From Alphaproteobacteria bacterium (lineage in GTDB: Bacteria > Pseudomonadota > Alphaproteobacteria > Bin95), in NCBI GenBank assembly GCA_965205265.1, contig CBDBGH010000003.1, forward strand, positions 2,240,001-2,304,000: a DNA stretch of 64,000 nucleotides. Direction: 5' to 3'. This document shows, piece after piece, positions 27,831-38,719 of this stretch. The stretch's first letter is position 1; every line of letters begins with the position of its first letter. The translations under genes were made by a program, and so were the position numbers. The notes beneath the pieces were generated by a model. The model was not told the origin of the DNA, did no database searches, and was given only the letters and a program-made list of their open reading frames with translations.

Positions 27831-29746
27831 CCTGACTTCGACGGTTGATTCGCATAAGTAGTTGATATTGCCTGGTTCTCATTTCGGCTAGGCACTACAT
27901 CCGGCATTTCTTCGAGCCGTGCTTCGTCGACGGTCAGGCGAGTTGATACGGGGTGATCGTCAGGGGCAGCCCCATGGTTGCGTAAATCTGCTCCGCCGCC
28001 GGTGTCGGCTTCGAGGGGATGACGTAGCGGTTGCCCGATTGCCGACAGCGCAGCAGGGAGCACTGGCGGTGGACGAGGGCGGAGCGGATGACCTCCGGGG
28101 ACATCCGCCGCTTCTGGATGGCGACGCGGTACGCAAGGTGTCGAACGCAGGCGAAGGCCAGGAAGGCGATGGCGATGTGAGCGCGGATCCGGTCCGGGTT
28201 CCAGTGCCAGATGGGACGTATCTTCAGGTCGTGTTTGGTGATCCGGAAGCTCTCCTCGACCTGCCAGAGCCCCTGGTAGTGAGCCATCACTTCGGTGACG
28301 CGCGCGTCGCGCAGATTGGTGATGACGCCGGTGAGCCCGTCCCATCGTGCGGCCTCGGCGATCTTCTCCGGGTTCACCGTGAGCCGTGCGTCGCCCTCGA
28401 CGGCGATGAAGCGCTTCGCCCCGTGATTGGAGAGCAGTTCCCTGGGATTGTCGCTGCGGGCCAGCCTGTCGAGCAGGCGTTCCACCTGATGGCGGCGCTC
28501 GTGCGCGTCCTTGCGTGCGCGCTGGGGGCAGAAGACGACGATCAGGCGACGGCCCTTGTACTCCCACTCGCCGACCCGGCGGTCCTGTGAGCCCTCCAGC
28601 GGGGCATAGGTCCCGGGGTCGAGAACCTGCCCCAGCAGCGCGAGCGGCAGCTTGCGCAGCCGCGCGCCGACGACATACTCGCCGCCGATGGCGTCCATGG
28701 CGTCGAGGTTGTCGGCGCTCAGCATGCCCCGGTCGGCCACGCATACCGTGCGCTCCACCTGGTGGCGGCGCTGCATGTCCTGCAGGACCGGGACCATGCT
28801 GTGTCCCTCGTAGGTGGCGCCGGGGAAGACCTCGTAGCTGATCGGCAGCCCTTCGCGCGTCACCATCAGCGCCAGCAGAACCTGCGAGTCCTTGTGTTTG
28901 CCGTCCTTGCTGAAGCCGTGCTGGCGAAGCTCGTCCTCGGCGGCCGTCTCGAAGTAGAGCGTGGTGCAATCGAAGAAGAGGATCGCGACCGGCTCCGGCA
29001 GCAGCGACCGGCTCGCCTCGCCGACGCGCGTGCGCAGTCGCTCGATCACCGTCGCGTCGAGCTGATCCATCATCCGGTAGACCTTCTCGAGCGGAAGACT
29101 CACGCCGAAGTCCTCCTCGAGCCGGCGCACGCTGCCCCGCTTGCTGTCGGGGTTGGCTACCCGCGCCATCACCACATGGAACAGCGCGTCATGGGAGGCC
29201 CGGTAGCGCGAGCGCGGCAGCAGCGCGTCGAGGCCCAGCAGCCGGTAGATCTCGCCATAGACCTCGTGGATGCCTGTGATCAGGCGCTGCTCCTCTTCAA
29301 GCTGCTTGAGGTCGACCGGGAGTTCCTCCTTGCCGTCCCCCCGGCGGCCGACACGGATCGCCTGCTCAGCGATCTTCTCGGGCGCAAACAATGCCGGCTG
29401 ACGCTCGTCCTCCAGCTTCGCCTTGACGTACTCGCCGAGCTGCCTCAGGCGCTCGAGCTCGTCCTCGTCCATGGCCACGCCGACATGGCGGACGATGCGC
29501 TGTCGGACCTTGCCGCCGTCGCGCACGGCCTCGACGATCTGGACCGAGCGTCGCGGGCTGTTGGGGGAGGTCTTGATGCGCACGAACATGGGGGGAGTGT
29601 AGCGCGTGGCGGAGGCATTGACAGTCTCAAAGATTTACTAGGCACTACAACGCAGCTTGACCGCACCGCAACTGCCAACTCATTGGCTTTACTGAAAACT
29701 CCAGACGCGAGATCGGTCAGAAGTCAGCCCAACCGTCGAAGTCAGG
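27831..29746 (-). mobile_element. IS1634-family element, copy 3, complete (1916 bp), inverted
   Basis: Same 17-bp IRs, length and transposase as copy 2. Confidence 0.96.
27934..29589 (-). CDS. IS1634-family DDE transposase
   Basis: Translation identical to 1951-3606. Confidence 0.95.
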   Translation of the reverse strand: MFVRIKTSPNSPRRSVQIVEAVRDGGKVRQRIVRHVGVAMDEDELERLRQLGEYVKAKLEDERQPALFAPEKIAEQAIRVGRRGDGKEELPVDLKQLEEEQRLITGIHEVYGEIYRLLGLDALLPRSRYRASHDALFHVVMARVANPDSKRGSVRRLEEDFGVSLPLEKVYRMMDQLDATVIERLRTRVGEASRSLLPEPVAILFFDCTTLYFETAAEDELRQHGFSKDGKHKDSQVLLALMVTREGLPISYEVFPGATYEGHSMVPVLQDMQRRHQVERTVCVADRGMLSADNLDAMDAIGGEYVVGARLRKLPLALLGQVLDPGTYAPLEGSQDRRVGEWEYKGRRLIVVFCPQRARKDAHERRHQVERLLDRLARSDNPRELLSNHGAKRFIAVEGDARLTVNPEKIAEAARWDGLTGVITNLRDARVTEVMAHYQGLWQVEESFRITKHDLKIRPIWHWNPDRIRAHIAIAFLAFACVRHLAYRVAIQKRRMSPEVIRSALVHRQCSLLRCRQSGNRYVIPSKPTPAAEQIYATMGLPLTITPYQLA

Positions 29747-29887
29747 AGTTACATTCCCATCCGAGCCCGAAATCGCCGCCCCGGCCCGCGAGCCGGGTCC
29801 ATCCACAACTGTTTCGGTCCGGTGGAAAGGCCGGGAGATGGACCCCGGATCGTCACTGGCGTGCCGTCCGGGGTGACGGCTAGGACT

Positions 29888-31010
29888 CTACCCTCCCTCC
29901 GCCGACCGGTCCGCCCCCACCCTTGCGGCCAGGGCGGCGCTCAGGAAGTCGTCGATATTGCCGTCGAGCACGCCCTGGGCGTTGCCCTTTTCGACGCCGG
30001 TGCGCAGGTCCTTCACCATCTGGTAGGGCTGGAGCACATAGGAGCGGATCTGGTTGCCCCAGCCGATGTCGGCCTTCGCCGCCTGCTCGGCCGCGGCTTC
30101 GGCCTCGCGCCGCTGGAGTTCGTGCTCATAGAGCCTGGCCTTCAGCATCGCCATGGCCGTTGCCCGGTTGCGGTGCTGCGAGCGGTCGTTCTGGCACTGG
30201 ACGACGATGTTCGTCGGCAGATGCGTGATCCGGACGGCGCTCTCGGTCTTGTTGACATGCTGCCCGCCGGCGCCAGAGGCGCGATAGACATCCACCCGGA
30301 GCTCGCTCTCGTCGATCTCGACCTCGATCCGGTCGTCCACCACCGGATAGACCCAGGCCGAGGCGAAGCTGGTATGGCGGCGCGACTGGCTGTCGAAGGG
30401 CGAGATGCGCACCAGGCGATGGACGCCGCTCTCGGTCTTCAGCCAGCCGTATGCGTTCTCGCCCTTTATGCGCACGGAGGCGGACTTGATGCCAGCCTCC
30501 TCGCCCGGGCTTTCCTCCAGCCATTCCAGCTTGTAGCCGCCGGCGTCGGCCCAGCGGACATACATGCGCAGCAGCATCTCGGCCCAGTCCTGCGCCTCCG
30601 TGCCGCCCGCACCGGCATTGACCTCCAGATAGCAGTCATTGCCGTCGGCCTCGCCGGACAGCAGGCTTTCCAGCCTGCGGCGCGCGGCCCGGTCCCGAAT
30701 CGATTCGAGTTCGGCTTCGGCTTCCGCTTGCGCGCCCTCGTCCTCTTCCGCCTCGCCGAGCTCGTAAAGCGTGACCGCGTCTTCCAGCGCGCCTTCGAGC
30801 GCGCGGTAGCCTTCCAGCCCGCCGGCCAGCCGCGTCCGTTCGCGCATCACCTCCTGGGCGCGCGCCGGGTCGTTCCAGAGTTCGGGCGCTTCGGCCTCGG
30901 CATTCAGCGCCTCAAGGCGCGCCGTGGATGCGTCCCAGTCAAAGATGCCTCCGGATGAGGGCAAGGCTGTCGCGAATATCGTCCACAAGGGCCTGCGCTT
31001 CGGCACGCAT
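29888..31010 (-). CDS. prfB: Peptide chain release factor 2 with programmed +1 frameshift
   Basis: MRAEAQ...LIRRHL then CTT-TGA-C (30938-30944) preceded by GGAGG; SPF and GGQ motifs in the second frame. Confidence 0.97.
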
Positions 31011-31041
31011 CGAACGGTCTCCAACGAATCCGGAAGTCGGG

Positions 31042-33429
31042 TCAGTATATACCGGAAACGCCTTCGCCGCTTCCCGCCGGCAGGCGGCCGGGCTCTCCGG
31101 GGCGGGGCTCGGTTCCGGGCTTGAAGGCCTCCAGGATGATATCGGCCTCGCCGGGCGCCGCGGGCTTGCCGCTGGTGCGCCCGACCCGCACGAAAGACAT
31201 GCCGGGCGGAATCCGGAAGGGCGCCGCCGGGGCCTTGTCGAGGGCCTCGCGCATGAAGGCGCCGAACACGGGCGCCGCCACCGAGGAGCCCGTTTCCGCA
31301 TGGCCGAGCGTGCGGGGCCGGTCGAAGCCGACATAGACGCCGACCACAAGGTCGGAGGCGAAACCGACGAACCAGGCATCGACATAATCGCTCGTCGTGC
31401 CCGTCTTTCCGGCAAGCGGCTTGCCGACTGCCCTGAGCCGGCGTCCGGTGCCGCGCAGCACCGCGCCTTCCAGCATGGACACCACCTGATAGACGCTTTG
31501 CGGGTCGGCAATCCGTTCGCGCGGGTCCGGCGGATAAGGCACTTCCGGCCTCAGCTCCTCAAGCGCATTGCAATCCGCGCAGACCCGGCGTTCATGGCGG
31601 AAGACGGTTAGCCCGTGGCGGTCCTGGACGCGGTCGATGAGCGTCGGCGAGATGCGCCGGCCGCCATTGGCGAGCATGGCGTAGGCGGCCGTCATCCGGG
31701 AGAGCGTCGTCTCGCCCGCGCCGAGCGACATCGACAGCACCTCGGGCATTTCGTCCTGGATGCCGAACCGGCCCGCAATGGCCGCGACATCGCCCATGCC
31801 GACGGCCTGCGCGAGGCGCACCGTCATCAGGTTGCGGGATTTCTCAATGCCGATCCGCATCGGGACGATGCCGTGGAAGGAGCCGGAGTAGTTTTGCGGC
31901 CGCCAGAGGCCGAGGCCGGCGCCCTGGTCGATGACAATGGGCATGTCGGCCAGCAAGGTCGCCGGCGTGTAGCCCTCCTGCAGCGCCGCCAGGTAAACGA
32001 ACGGCTTGAAGGCGGACCCCGGCTGGCGCATTGCCTGGGTTGCGCGGTTGAACTCGCTGCGCTCCGCGTCATAGCCGCCCACCATGGCGAGCACATGCCC
32101 GGTATGCGGGTCCATCGCGATCAGCGCGCCCTCGATTTCGGGTATCTGGCGCAGCGCCCATCCGCCCCCGGAAGCCGCCGGCTCCACCGCCACCAGGTCG
32201 CCCGCCTCCAGGACCCGGTCCATGCGCTTCGGCTCCGCGCCGACCCTGCCGTTCGTGAGCGCGCGCCTGGCCCATCGGGCTTCCTCCAGCGGGATGCGCC
32301 CGGTGCTGCCGTCCTTCAGCAAGATATCGGCGGCCTTTGCCGAAACGCCGGTGACGGCGGCCAGGCGGTAGGGACTGAGCCCCGGCGGGCGGGGCGCGGA
32401 TTTCAGCGCCGCTTCGAGGTTGTCCCCGTCCAGCCGGGCGAGGGGGCCGCGCCAGCCGTGGCGGCGGTCATAGGTCTGCAGGCCCGTGCGCAAGGCCCGT
32501 TCGCCTGCCCGCTGCAATCCCGGGTCGATGGTGGTGCGGACCGACAGCCCGCCGGAATAGAGCTTCTCCTGTCCGAAGACCTCCATGAGCTCCCGGCGGA
32601 CTTCCTCCGAGAACCACTCCGCCTCGAAGAACTCCGTTGCGTCGCGGGAGCGGAGCTCCAGCGGCGCGGCGATGGCCTCCTCGGCCTCGACCGGCGATAT
32701 GCGCCCGTCTTCCAGCATCCGGCGCACCACCCAGTTGCGGCGCGTGAGCGCCTGCGCCCGGCGGCGGACGGGGTGGTAGTTGTTGGGCGCCTTGGGCAGG
32801 GCGGCGAGAAAGGCCGCTTCGGCGATCGTGAGGTCGTCGAGCGAGCTGTTGAAATAGTTGAGCGCCGCCGCGGCGACGCCGTAGGAGCCGAAGCCCAGAT
32901 AGATCTGGTTCAGGTAAAGCTCGAGTATGGCGTCCTTGGGCAGCGCCTTTTCAAGCCGGAGCGCCAGGATCGCCTCCCTGATCTTCCGCTCGACGGTGGC
33001 TTCCGGGCTCAGCAGGAAATTCTTGGCGACCTGCTGCGTGATCGTCGAGCCGCCTACCGGCCGGCGGGCGGATTCGGACAATTTGCTGCGCGCGAAGGTG
33101 TAGCCGGCGCGAAACAGGCCGGCGGGATCGAGGCCGGCATGGCGGTAGAAGCTCTTGTCCTCGGCGGCCAGGAACGCATCCACCACCCGCTTCGGGATGG
33201 CATCGACGGGCACGAACAGCCGGTGCTCGACGGCGAACTCCGCCAGCAGGCGGCCGTCGCCGGCATGCACGCGGGTGGCGACCGGCGGCTCGTAGTCCGC
33301 AAGCCAGCCATAGGCGGGAAGGCCGCGGGAGAAATGGTCGGCCGCGACGAGCGCGGCGCTTCCGGCCGCCACAACGCCCGCGGCGCCAAGCCAGAACAAC
33401 CAGGAGAAGATGCGCCGCAGCCGCCTCAT
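31042..33429 (-). CDS. mrcA: Penicillin-binding protein 1A
   Basis: [39 protein letters not shown]. Confidence 0.95.
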   Translation of the reverse strand: MRRLRRIFSWLFWLGAAGVVAAGSAALVAADHFSRGLPAYGWLADYEPPVATRVHAGDGRLLAEFAVEHRLFVPVDAIPKRVVDAFLAAEDKSFYRHAGLDPAGLFRAGYTFARSKLSESARRPVGGSTITQQVAKNFLLSPEATVERKIREAILALRLEKALPKDAILELYLNQIYLGFGSYGVAAAALNYFNSSLDDLTIAEAAFLAALPKAPNNYHPVRRRAQALTRRNWVVRRMLEDGRISPVEAEEAIAAPLELRSRDATEFFEAEWFSEEVRRELMEVFGQEKLYSGGLSVRTTIDPGLQRAGERALRTGLQTYDRRHGWRGPLARLDGDNLEAALKSAPRPPGLSPYRLAAVTGVSAKAADILLKDGSTGRIPLEEARWARRALTNGRVGAEPKRMDRVLEAGDLVAVEPAASGGGWALRQIPEIEGALIAMDPHTGHVLAMVGGYDAERSEFNRATQAMRQPGSAFKPFVYLAALQEGYTPATLLADMPIVIDQGAGLGLWRPQNYSGSFHGIVPMRIGIEKSRNLMTVRLAQAVGMGDVAAIAGRFGIQDEMPEVLSMSLGAGETTLSRMTAAYAMLANGGRRISPTLIDRVQDRHGLTVFRHERRVCADCNALEELRPEVPYPPDPRERIADPQSVYQVVSMLEGAVLRGTGRRLRAVGKPLAGKTGTTSDYVDAWFVGFASDLVVGVYVGFDRPRTLGHAETGSSVAAPVFGAFMREALDKAPAAPFRIPPGMSFVRVGRTSGKPAAPGEADIILEAFKPGTEPRPGEPGRLPAGSGEGVSGIY

Positions 33430-33792
33430 GAACCCCGGAAAAAGAACAACTTCATGGCAAAATCAAGGCCGGTTTCCCGCGCCGGGATTAGCGCCAGGAT
33501 TAGCGATTGCCGCCAGGCGGTTACCGGGCTAATATAGGGAGTGCTTGCCGGCCTGCGTTCCTGTGCCGAGCGGCCCGTTCCTGTCGCCATCCGAATAGCT
33601 TTTTTCGTTTGCGCCGCCAGTGAAAATCCGGCCGGCCGGGGTCTGCGCGGAACGGCAATGCGCGTTCAATGTCCCATCCACGGCGCGCCCGGGCGGTCGA
33701 GCCCGCGCGATCAGAGGCCGGAATGAGTGTTACGAGCCTGCCGGATCGCCGCCCCCGCCCCTGCGCTGCCGCATACCCGGAGCCCTACCTTA

Positions 33793-36168
33793 ATGACCAG
33801 GAGCATGCTCATCGACGCCGCGCATCCGGAAGAAACCCGGATCGCTGTCGTAAACCAACGCCGGCTTGAGGACTTTGACTACGAAGCCGCCGCCCGGACG
33901 ACCCTGAAAGGCAATATCTATCTCGGCAAGATCGCCCGTGTCGAAGCGTCGCTGCAGGCGGCCTTCGTCGATTACGGCGGCAACCGGCACGGGTTCCTGC
34001 CCTTCGCGGACATCCACCCCGACTATTACCGGCTGCCGCAGGAAGACCGCCAGGCGCTGATCGAGGAGGAAGCGGCCGCGCGCCGCGAAAGCGACCTCGA
34101 AGGCGGCGATGTCGAGGATGACGACGCCGACGAGGCCGAGGCTCAGGCCAATGGCCGCGACGACGCGCAGGAGGACCGGCGCCGGGCCGGCAGGCTGCGC
34201 CGGCAATACAAGATCCAGGAGGTCATCAAGCGCCGCCAGATCGTGCTGGTGCAGGTCTCCAAGGAAGAGCGCGGCACCAAGGGCGCGGCGCTGACCACCT
34301 ATCTCTCGCTCGCCGGACGGTATTGCGTGCTGATGCCGAACACCGGGCATGGCGGCGGCATATCGCGCAAGATCACCAATGCCACCGACCGGCGCAAGCT
34401 GAAGACCATCGTCGAGGGGCTGGAGGTGCCCGACGGCATGGCCGTCATCATGCGGACCGCCGGCGTGAAGCGCACCAAGACCGAGATCAAGCGCGACTAC
34501 GACTTCCTGACGCGCACCTGGGAAGGCATCCGCGAGGACACGCTGTCGAGCACCGCGCCGGCCCTCATCTACGAGGAGGCCGACCTGGTGAAGCGGGCGA
34601 TCCGCGACATCTACGGGCGGGATATCGACCAGGTGCTGGTCGAGGGCGACCGGGCCTATCGCAGCGCCAAGGATTTCATGAAGGCGCTGATGCCGAGCCA
34701 TGCGAAACGGGTGCAACAGTACAAGGACCGGCCGGAGCCGCTGTTCGTCGCCCACGGCATCGAGGACCAGCTCTACGACCTGCACACGGCGCGGGTGGAG
34801 CTTCCGTCCGGCGGCTATCTGGTCATCGATTCGACCGAGGCGCTGGTCGCCATCGACGTGAATTCGGGCCGCGCGACGCGCGAGCGCAATATCGAGGAGA
34901 CCGCCGTCAAGACCAACCTCGAAGCCGCGGACGAAGTGGCCCGCCAGCTTCGCCTGCGCGACCTCGCCGGCCTCATCGTGATCGACTTCATCGACATGGA
35001 CGAAAGGCGCAACAACGCCCAGGTCGAACGCCGGCTCAAGGATGCGCTGAGCAGCGACCGGGCCCGCGTCCAGGTCGGGCGGATCAGCGCGCTCGGGCTG
35101 CTGGAGATGTCGCGCCAGCGGCTCAGGCCGAGCATTCACGAAAGCAGCACCGTCGCCTGCCCGCATTGCGACGGCAGCGGCTTCATGCGGTCCGTCGAAT
35201 CGAGCGCGCTCCAGACCGCCCGCGCCATCGAGCAGGAGGCGCTGAGCGGCGGCCACGGCGTGCTGTCGGTGTATCTCTCCACCGACACCGCGCTCTATCT
35301 GCTCAACTACAAGCGGAACCTGCTGAACCGCCTTGCCGGCGACCATGGGGTCGAAGTCCTGCTTCAGCGCGACGATTCGCAGCCGCCCGGCACCTGGCGT
35401 TTCGAGAGCCTTGCGCCGAAACCCCGGGAGGAGGAGGACGCAGCCGGGCCGGCCCCCGCCGGCGCCGCCGCCGGAGAAACGGCGCCCGAGGCCGAAGACG
35501 ACGACGAGGAAGGCGGGACGAAGCGCAGGCGCCGCAGCCGGCGGGGCGGCCGGCGGCGGCGGAACGGCGCGGCCGAGGAGGCTGCGGCCGTCGAAGCAGC
35601 CCCCGCTTCCGTGTCCGGCGAGGCCCAAGCCGCCGGCGAACCGGCCGCCGAGGAGACGCCGAAACCGCCGCGCCGGAGACGCCGCGCCGCTGCCGCGCCA
35701 GACGCGGCGAACGTTACGAATGGCGGCGCTCGCGCCGCTGCGAGCGCCGCGCCGGAGCCCGAAGCGCAGGAGGCCGAGGCCGTTCCCGCCGCCGGGGCGG
35801 AGGCCGTCGAGGAGGCGCCGAAGCCGAGGCGCCGCCGCACCCGCCGCAAGAAAGAGGAAGCGCCGGCCGAGGCTGCCGCGGAGCCTGCAGCGGAAGAGGC
35901 CGAGGCCGCTCCCCCGGCGGAAACGGACGGTGCGGAAGCGCCGGAGGAGGCCCCGAAGCCGAGGCGCCGCCGCACCCGCCGCAAGAAGGAAGACGCCCCC
36001 GAGGCCGCCGCTGCCGATGCGCAGCAGCCGGAGGCGCCCGCTGCCGAGCCTGCGGCGCAGGAACCGCCTTCGCAGGAACCGCCGCCGGAACCGGCCCCCG
36101 CTGCGGCCGGCGAGCCGGAGGCCCCCCGCCGGGCCGGATGGTGGCGCCGGCAGCTGAGCCGGGTCTGA
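33793..36168 (+). CDS. rne: Ribonuclease E
   Basis: MLIDAAHPEETR, LQAAFVDYG, AIDVNSG, IDFIDM, CPHC zinc link, disordered charged C-terminus ending GWW. Confidence 0.96.
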   Translation: MTRSMLIDAAHPEETRIAVVNQRRLEDFDYEAAARTTLKGNIYLGKIARVEASLQAAFVDYGGNRHGFLPFADIHPDYYRLPQEDRQALIEEEAAARRESDLEGGDVEDDDADEAEAQANGRDDAQEDRRRAGRLRRQYKIQEVIKRRQIVLVQVSKEERGTKGAALTTYLSLAGRYCVLMPNTGHGGGISRKITNATDRRKLKTIVEGLEVPDGMAVIMRTAGVKRTKTEIKRDYDFLTRTWEGIREDTLSSTAPALIYEEADLVKRAIRDIYGRDIDQVLVEGDRAYRSAKDFMKALMPSHAKRVQQYKDRPEPLFVAHGIEDQLYDLHTARVELPSGGYLVIDSTEALVAIDVNSGRATRERNIEETAVKTNLEAADEVARQLRLRDLAGLIVIDFIDMDERRNNAQVERRLKDALSSDRARVQVGRISALGLLEMSRQRLRPSIHESSTVACPHCDGSGFMRSVESSALQTARAIEQEALSGGHGVLSVYLSTDTALYLLNYKRNLLNRLAGDHGVEVLLQRDDSQPPGTWRFESLAPKPREEEDAAGPAPAGAAAGETAPEAEDDDEEGGTKRRRRSRRGGRRRRNGAAEEAAAVEAAPASVSGEAQAAGEPAAEETPKPPRRRRRAAAAPDAANVTNGGARAAASAAPEPEAQEAEAVPAAGAEAVEEAPKPRRRRTRRKKEEAPAEAAAEPAAEEAEAAPPAETDGAEAPEEAPKPRRRRTRRKKEDAPEAAAADAQQPEAPAAEPAAQEPPSQEPPPEPAPAAAGEPEAPRRAGWWRRQLSRV

Positions 36169-36201
36169 TACCAGTGGTCGTCGATTGGAACTTGCGCCGA
36201 C

Positions 36202-36247
36202 GGCCGCCGGAAACCTCCTCCCCCGTTTCTGGGGCGGCCTTCTCTTT
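36202..36247 (+). terminator. Intrinsic terminator after rne
   Basis: GGCCGCCGGAAAC...GTTTCTGGGGCGGCC followed by TTCTCTTT. Confidence 0.6.
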
Positions 36248-36380
36248 CCCCTCCCCCGCTTGCGGGGGAGGCCGGGTGGGGGGCCGCTTGCGCGCCAGCG
36301 TAAGCGGCGGGCGAAGCCCGATTAAGGACCCGTCACGCCGAGAGGCTCTCCCCCAACCCCTCCCGCCCAGCGGGAGGGGA
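36248..36380. repeat. Inverted pair of REP-like palindromes
   Basis: CCCTCCCCCGCTTGCGGGGGAGG...CCCCAACCCCTCCCGCCCAGCGGGAGGGGA. Confidence 0.7.
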
Positions 36381-36463
36381 GGCGGAACGAAAGGCCCCCG
36401 AAACATGGGGCCTGCTTTGAGCGCCTTGGTCTGAATCCCCAAGCGAAAGGACCCGACTGCGCC

Positions 36464-37264
36464 ATGACGAGCAATGGCAAGATGGAACTGCGCTTCGACG
36501 GAAGCGTGGCAATCCTCGCCTTCAACGACCCGGCGGTGCTGAACGCGATAGGCCACCGCATGCGCGAGGATTTCTCCGCCGCGCTGGACCGCATCGAGGC
36601 GAGCGGCGCGCGCTGCATCCTGCTGACGGGCAATGGCCGCGCCTTCTGCTCGGGCGCGAACCTGAACGATCCCGACCGGCCGCCGCGCGACCGGAAGGCG
36701 GAGGCGCGCGGCGAGCAGAAGAGCGACCTGGAGGGCTGGTACAACCCGACCCTGGAGCGCCTGCGCGCGTCTCCCGTCCCGGTCGTCTCCGCCGTCAACG
36801 GCGCCGCCGCCGGCATCGGCATGAGCTTCGCGCTCTCGGCCGACATCCGCATCGCCGCGAGGTCCGGCTATTTCCTCCAGGCCTTCGCGCGCATCGGCCT
36901 CGTGCCCGACGGCGGGGCAACATGGATCCTGCCGCGCCTTGTCGGCATGGCCCGCGCGATGGAGCTCTCCATGCTGGCGGAACGGCTGCCGGCGGAGACG
37001 GCGCTCGAATGGGGCATGGTCAACCGTGTCGTGGACGACGAGACGCTGATGGACGAGGCGATGGCGATGGCGCGCCGGCTCGCCGACGGCCCGGCTTCGC
37101 TCGGCCTGATCCGCCGGCTCTACTGGCAGAGCCTGGAACAGGGCTACAGCGCGCAGCTCAAGGCGGAGGCCGACACCCAGACCGTCGCCGCCCGGACGCG
37201 GGATTACGAGGAGGGCGTGGCCGCTTTCCGCGAGAAGCGCCCGGCGGTTTTTGCGGGCCGCTGA
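36464..37264 (+). CDS. Enoyl-CoA hydratase/isomerase (PaaG-like)
   Basis: GRAFCSGA, AVNGAAAG, AFARIGLVPDGG, EGVAAFREKR. Confidence 0.92.
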   Translation: MTSNGKMELRFDGSVAILAFNDPAVLNAIGHRMREDFSAALDRIEASGARCILLTGNGRAFCSGANLNDPDRPPRDRKAEARGEQKSDLEGWYNPTLERLRASPVPVVSAVNGAAAGIGMSFALSADIRIAARSGYFLQAFARIGLVPDGGATWILPRLVGMARAMELSMLAERLPAETALEWGMVNRVVDDETLMDEAMAMARRLADGPASLGLIRRLYWQSLEQGYSAQLKAEADTQTVAARTRDYEEGVAAFREKRPAVFAGR

Positions 37265-37265
37265 G

Positions 37266-37365
37266 AGGGGCCGTTTGAGAATAGCGGCGGCGCCCCTGCT
37301 GCGTCGCCCCGGCCCGGTCGCCGTTCGCCCGAATACCGCGAGGCGCCCATTCTCAAACGGACTCT
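37266..37365. repeat. MITE-like element of about 100 bp
   Basis: IR CCGTTTGAGAAT (37271-37282) / ATTCTCAAACGG (37349-37360); no coding capacity. Confidence 0.6.
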
Positions 37366-37557
37366 GGAGCAGGACCCGTTCAAGTTGAACCGGAAGTCCC
37401 GCCGTCCTTCGATACGCGCCGGCCTTCGCAGGACGAAGGCCGGCGCTACTCAGGATAAGGGGGGAGATGAAGGCCGGTCGCTCGTGCGCGCCGCTACTCG
37501 GGATGAGAGGAAAGCGGCGCTGAGAGGCGTCGGGGGCAATGTGTGAGTCCAGCAGCT

Positions 37558-38712
37558 CTATCCCGCCCGGCTCACAAACGAGGCGAGCCGGTCCATCGCC
37601 GCTTCGACATCCTCCGTCGCGGCGCAGTAGCTGAGGCGGACGGTGCGGCTGCCGCGCTCCCGGTCGAAATCGACGCCGGGAGTGATCGCCACGCCGGTTT
37701 CGTCCAGCAGCCGCCGGCAGAAGGCCATGCTGTCATTCGTCAGGCGGCCGATATCGGCATAGACGTAGAAGGCGCCGTCCGGCGTCGCGAAGTCGGAAAT
37801 ACCCATGGCCGGCAGGGCGGAGAGCAGGATCTCCCGATTGCGGGCATAGCGCCGGACATTGCCCTCCAGTTCCTCGCGGCAGTCGAAGGCGGCGAGCGCG
37901 GCGTATTGGGACACTGTCGGCGTGTTCAGGAACAGGTTCTGCCCCAGCCGCTCCACCGCAACCGTGAGGTCCTCCGGCAATATCAGCCAGCCGACCCGCC
38001 AGCCGGTCATGGAAAAGTATTTCGAGAAGCTGTTGACCGTGATGGCGGAGGGCGAGCCGGCCGCCGTCGCCTCCTCCATGCCGTATGCAATGCCGTGGTA
38101 GATCTCGTCCGAGACCAGGCGAACGCCGCGGTCGTGGCACCAGGCCGCCAGGCGGGCGAGCGCGTCCGGCGGCAGCATGGAGCCCGTCGGATTCGACGGG
38201 CTCGCCACCACCAGCCCGTCTATCGGCCCCTCGACCCGTTCCAGGAGTTCGGGCGTCGGCTGGAAGCGCGTATCCGGCCCCGTCGGCACCTGCACGGTCT
38301 CGATGCCGAGCGCCCCCAGCATGTTGCGGTAACAGGGATAGCTCGGGTCGGTGAGCACCACCCGCGCGCCGGCGTCGAAGGCGGCGAGAAAGGCGAGCAC
38401 GAAACCGCCGGACGACCCCGTTGTGACGAACACCCGCTCCGGGGCGACCTCCTCGCCGTAATGCTCGCGGTAGTGAAGCGCGATACGCCGGCGCAGCGCA
38501 TCGATGCCCGGCGCGTCCGTATAGCCGAGCACCCGGTCGTCGATCGCGGCCTTTGCCGCCTCCCGGGCGCCGGCCGGTGCGGGCGTGCTCGGCTGCCCGA
38601 TCTGGAGGGGGAATACCGCCTTGCCGGCCGCCGCGCGCTCGCCGGCCGCGCGCAGCACCTGCAGGACGATGAACGGGTCGATTCCGCCCCGCCGGGACAC
38701 GTGAAAGGGCAT
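37558..38712 (-). CDS. PLP-dependent aminotransferase class I/II
   Basis: SPSNPTG, SDEIYHG, NSFSKYFSMTGWRVGW. Confidence 0.93.
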   Translation of the reverse strand: MPFHVSRRGGIDPFIVLQVLRAAGERAAAGKAVFPLQIGQPSTPAPAGAREAAKAAIDDRVLGYTDAPGIDALRRRIALHYREHYGEEVAPERVFVTTGSSGGFVLAFLAAFDAGARVVLTDPSYPCYRNMLGALGIETVQVPTGPDTRFQPTPELLERVEGPIDGLVVASPSNPTGSMLPPDALARLAAWCHDRGVRLVSDEIYHGIAYGMEEATAAGSPSAITVNSFSKYFSMTGWRVGWLILPEDLTVAVERLGQNLFLNTPTVSQYAALAAFDCREELEGNVRRYARNREILLSALPAMGISDFATPDGAFYVYADIGRLTNDSMAFCRRLLDETGVAITPGVDFDRERGSRTVRLSYCAATEDVEAAMDRLASFVSRAG

Positions 38713-38719
38713 CGGCGTC

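Noticed and set aside
30938-30944. In-frame stop in prfB as a pseudogene or sequencing error
   Set aside because: Canonical CTT-TGA-C autoregulatory +1 frameshift with an upstream SD-like sequence.
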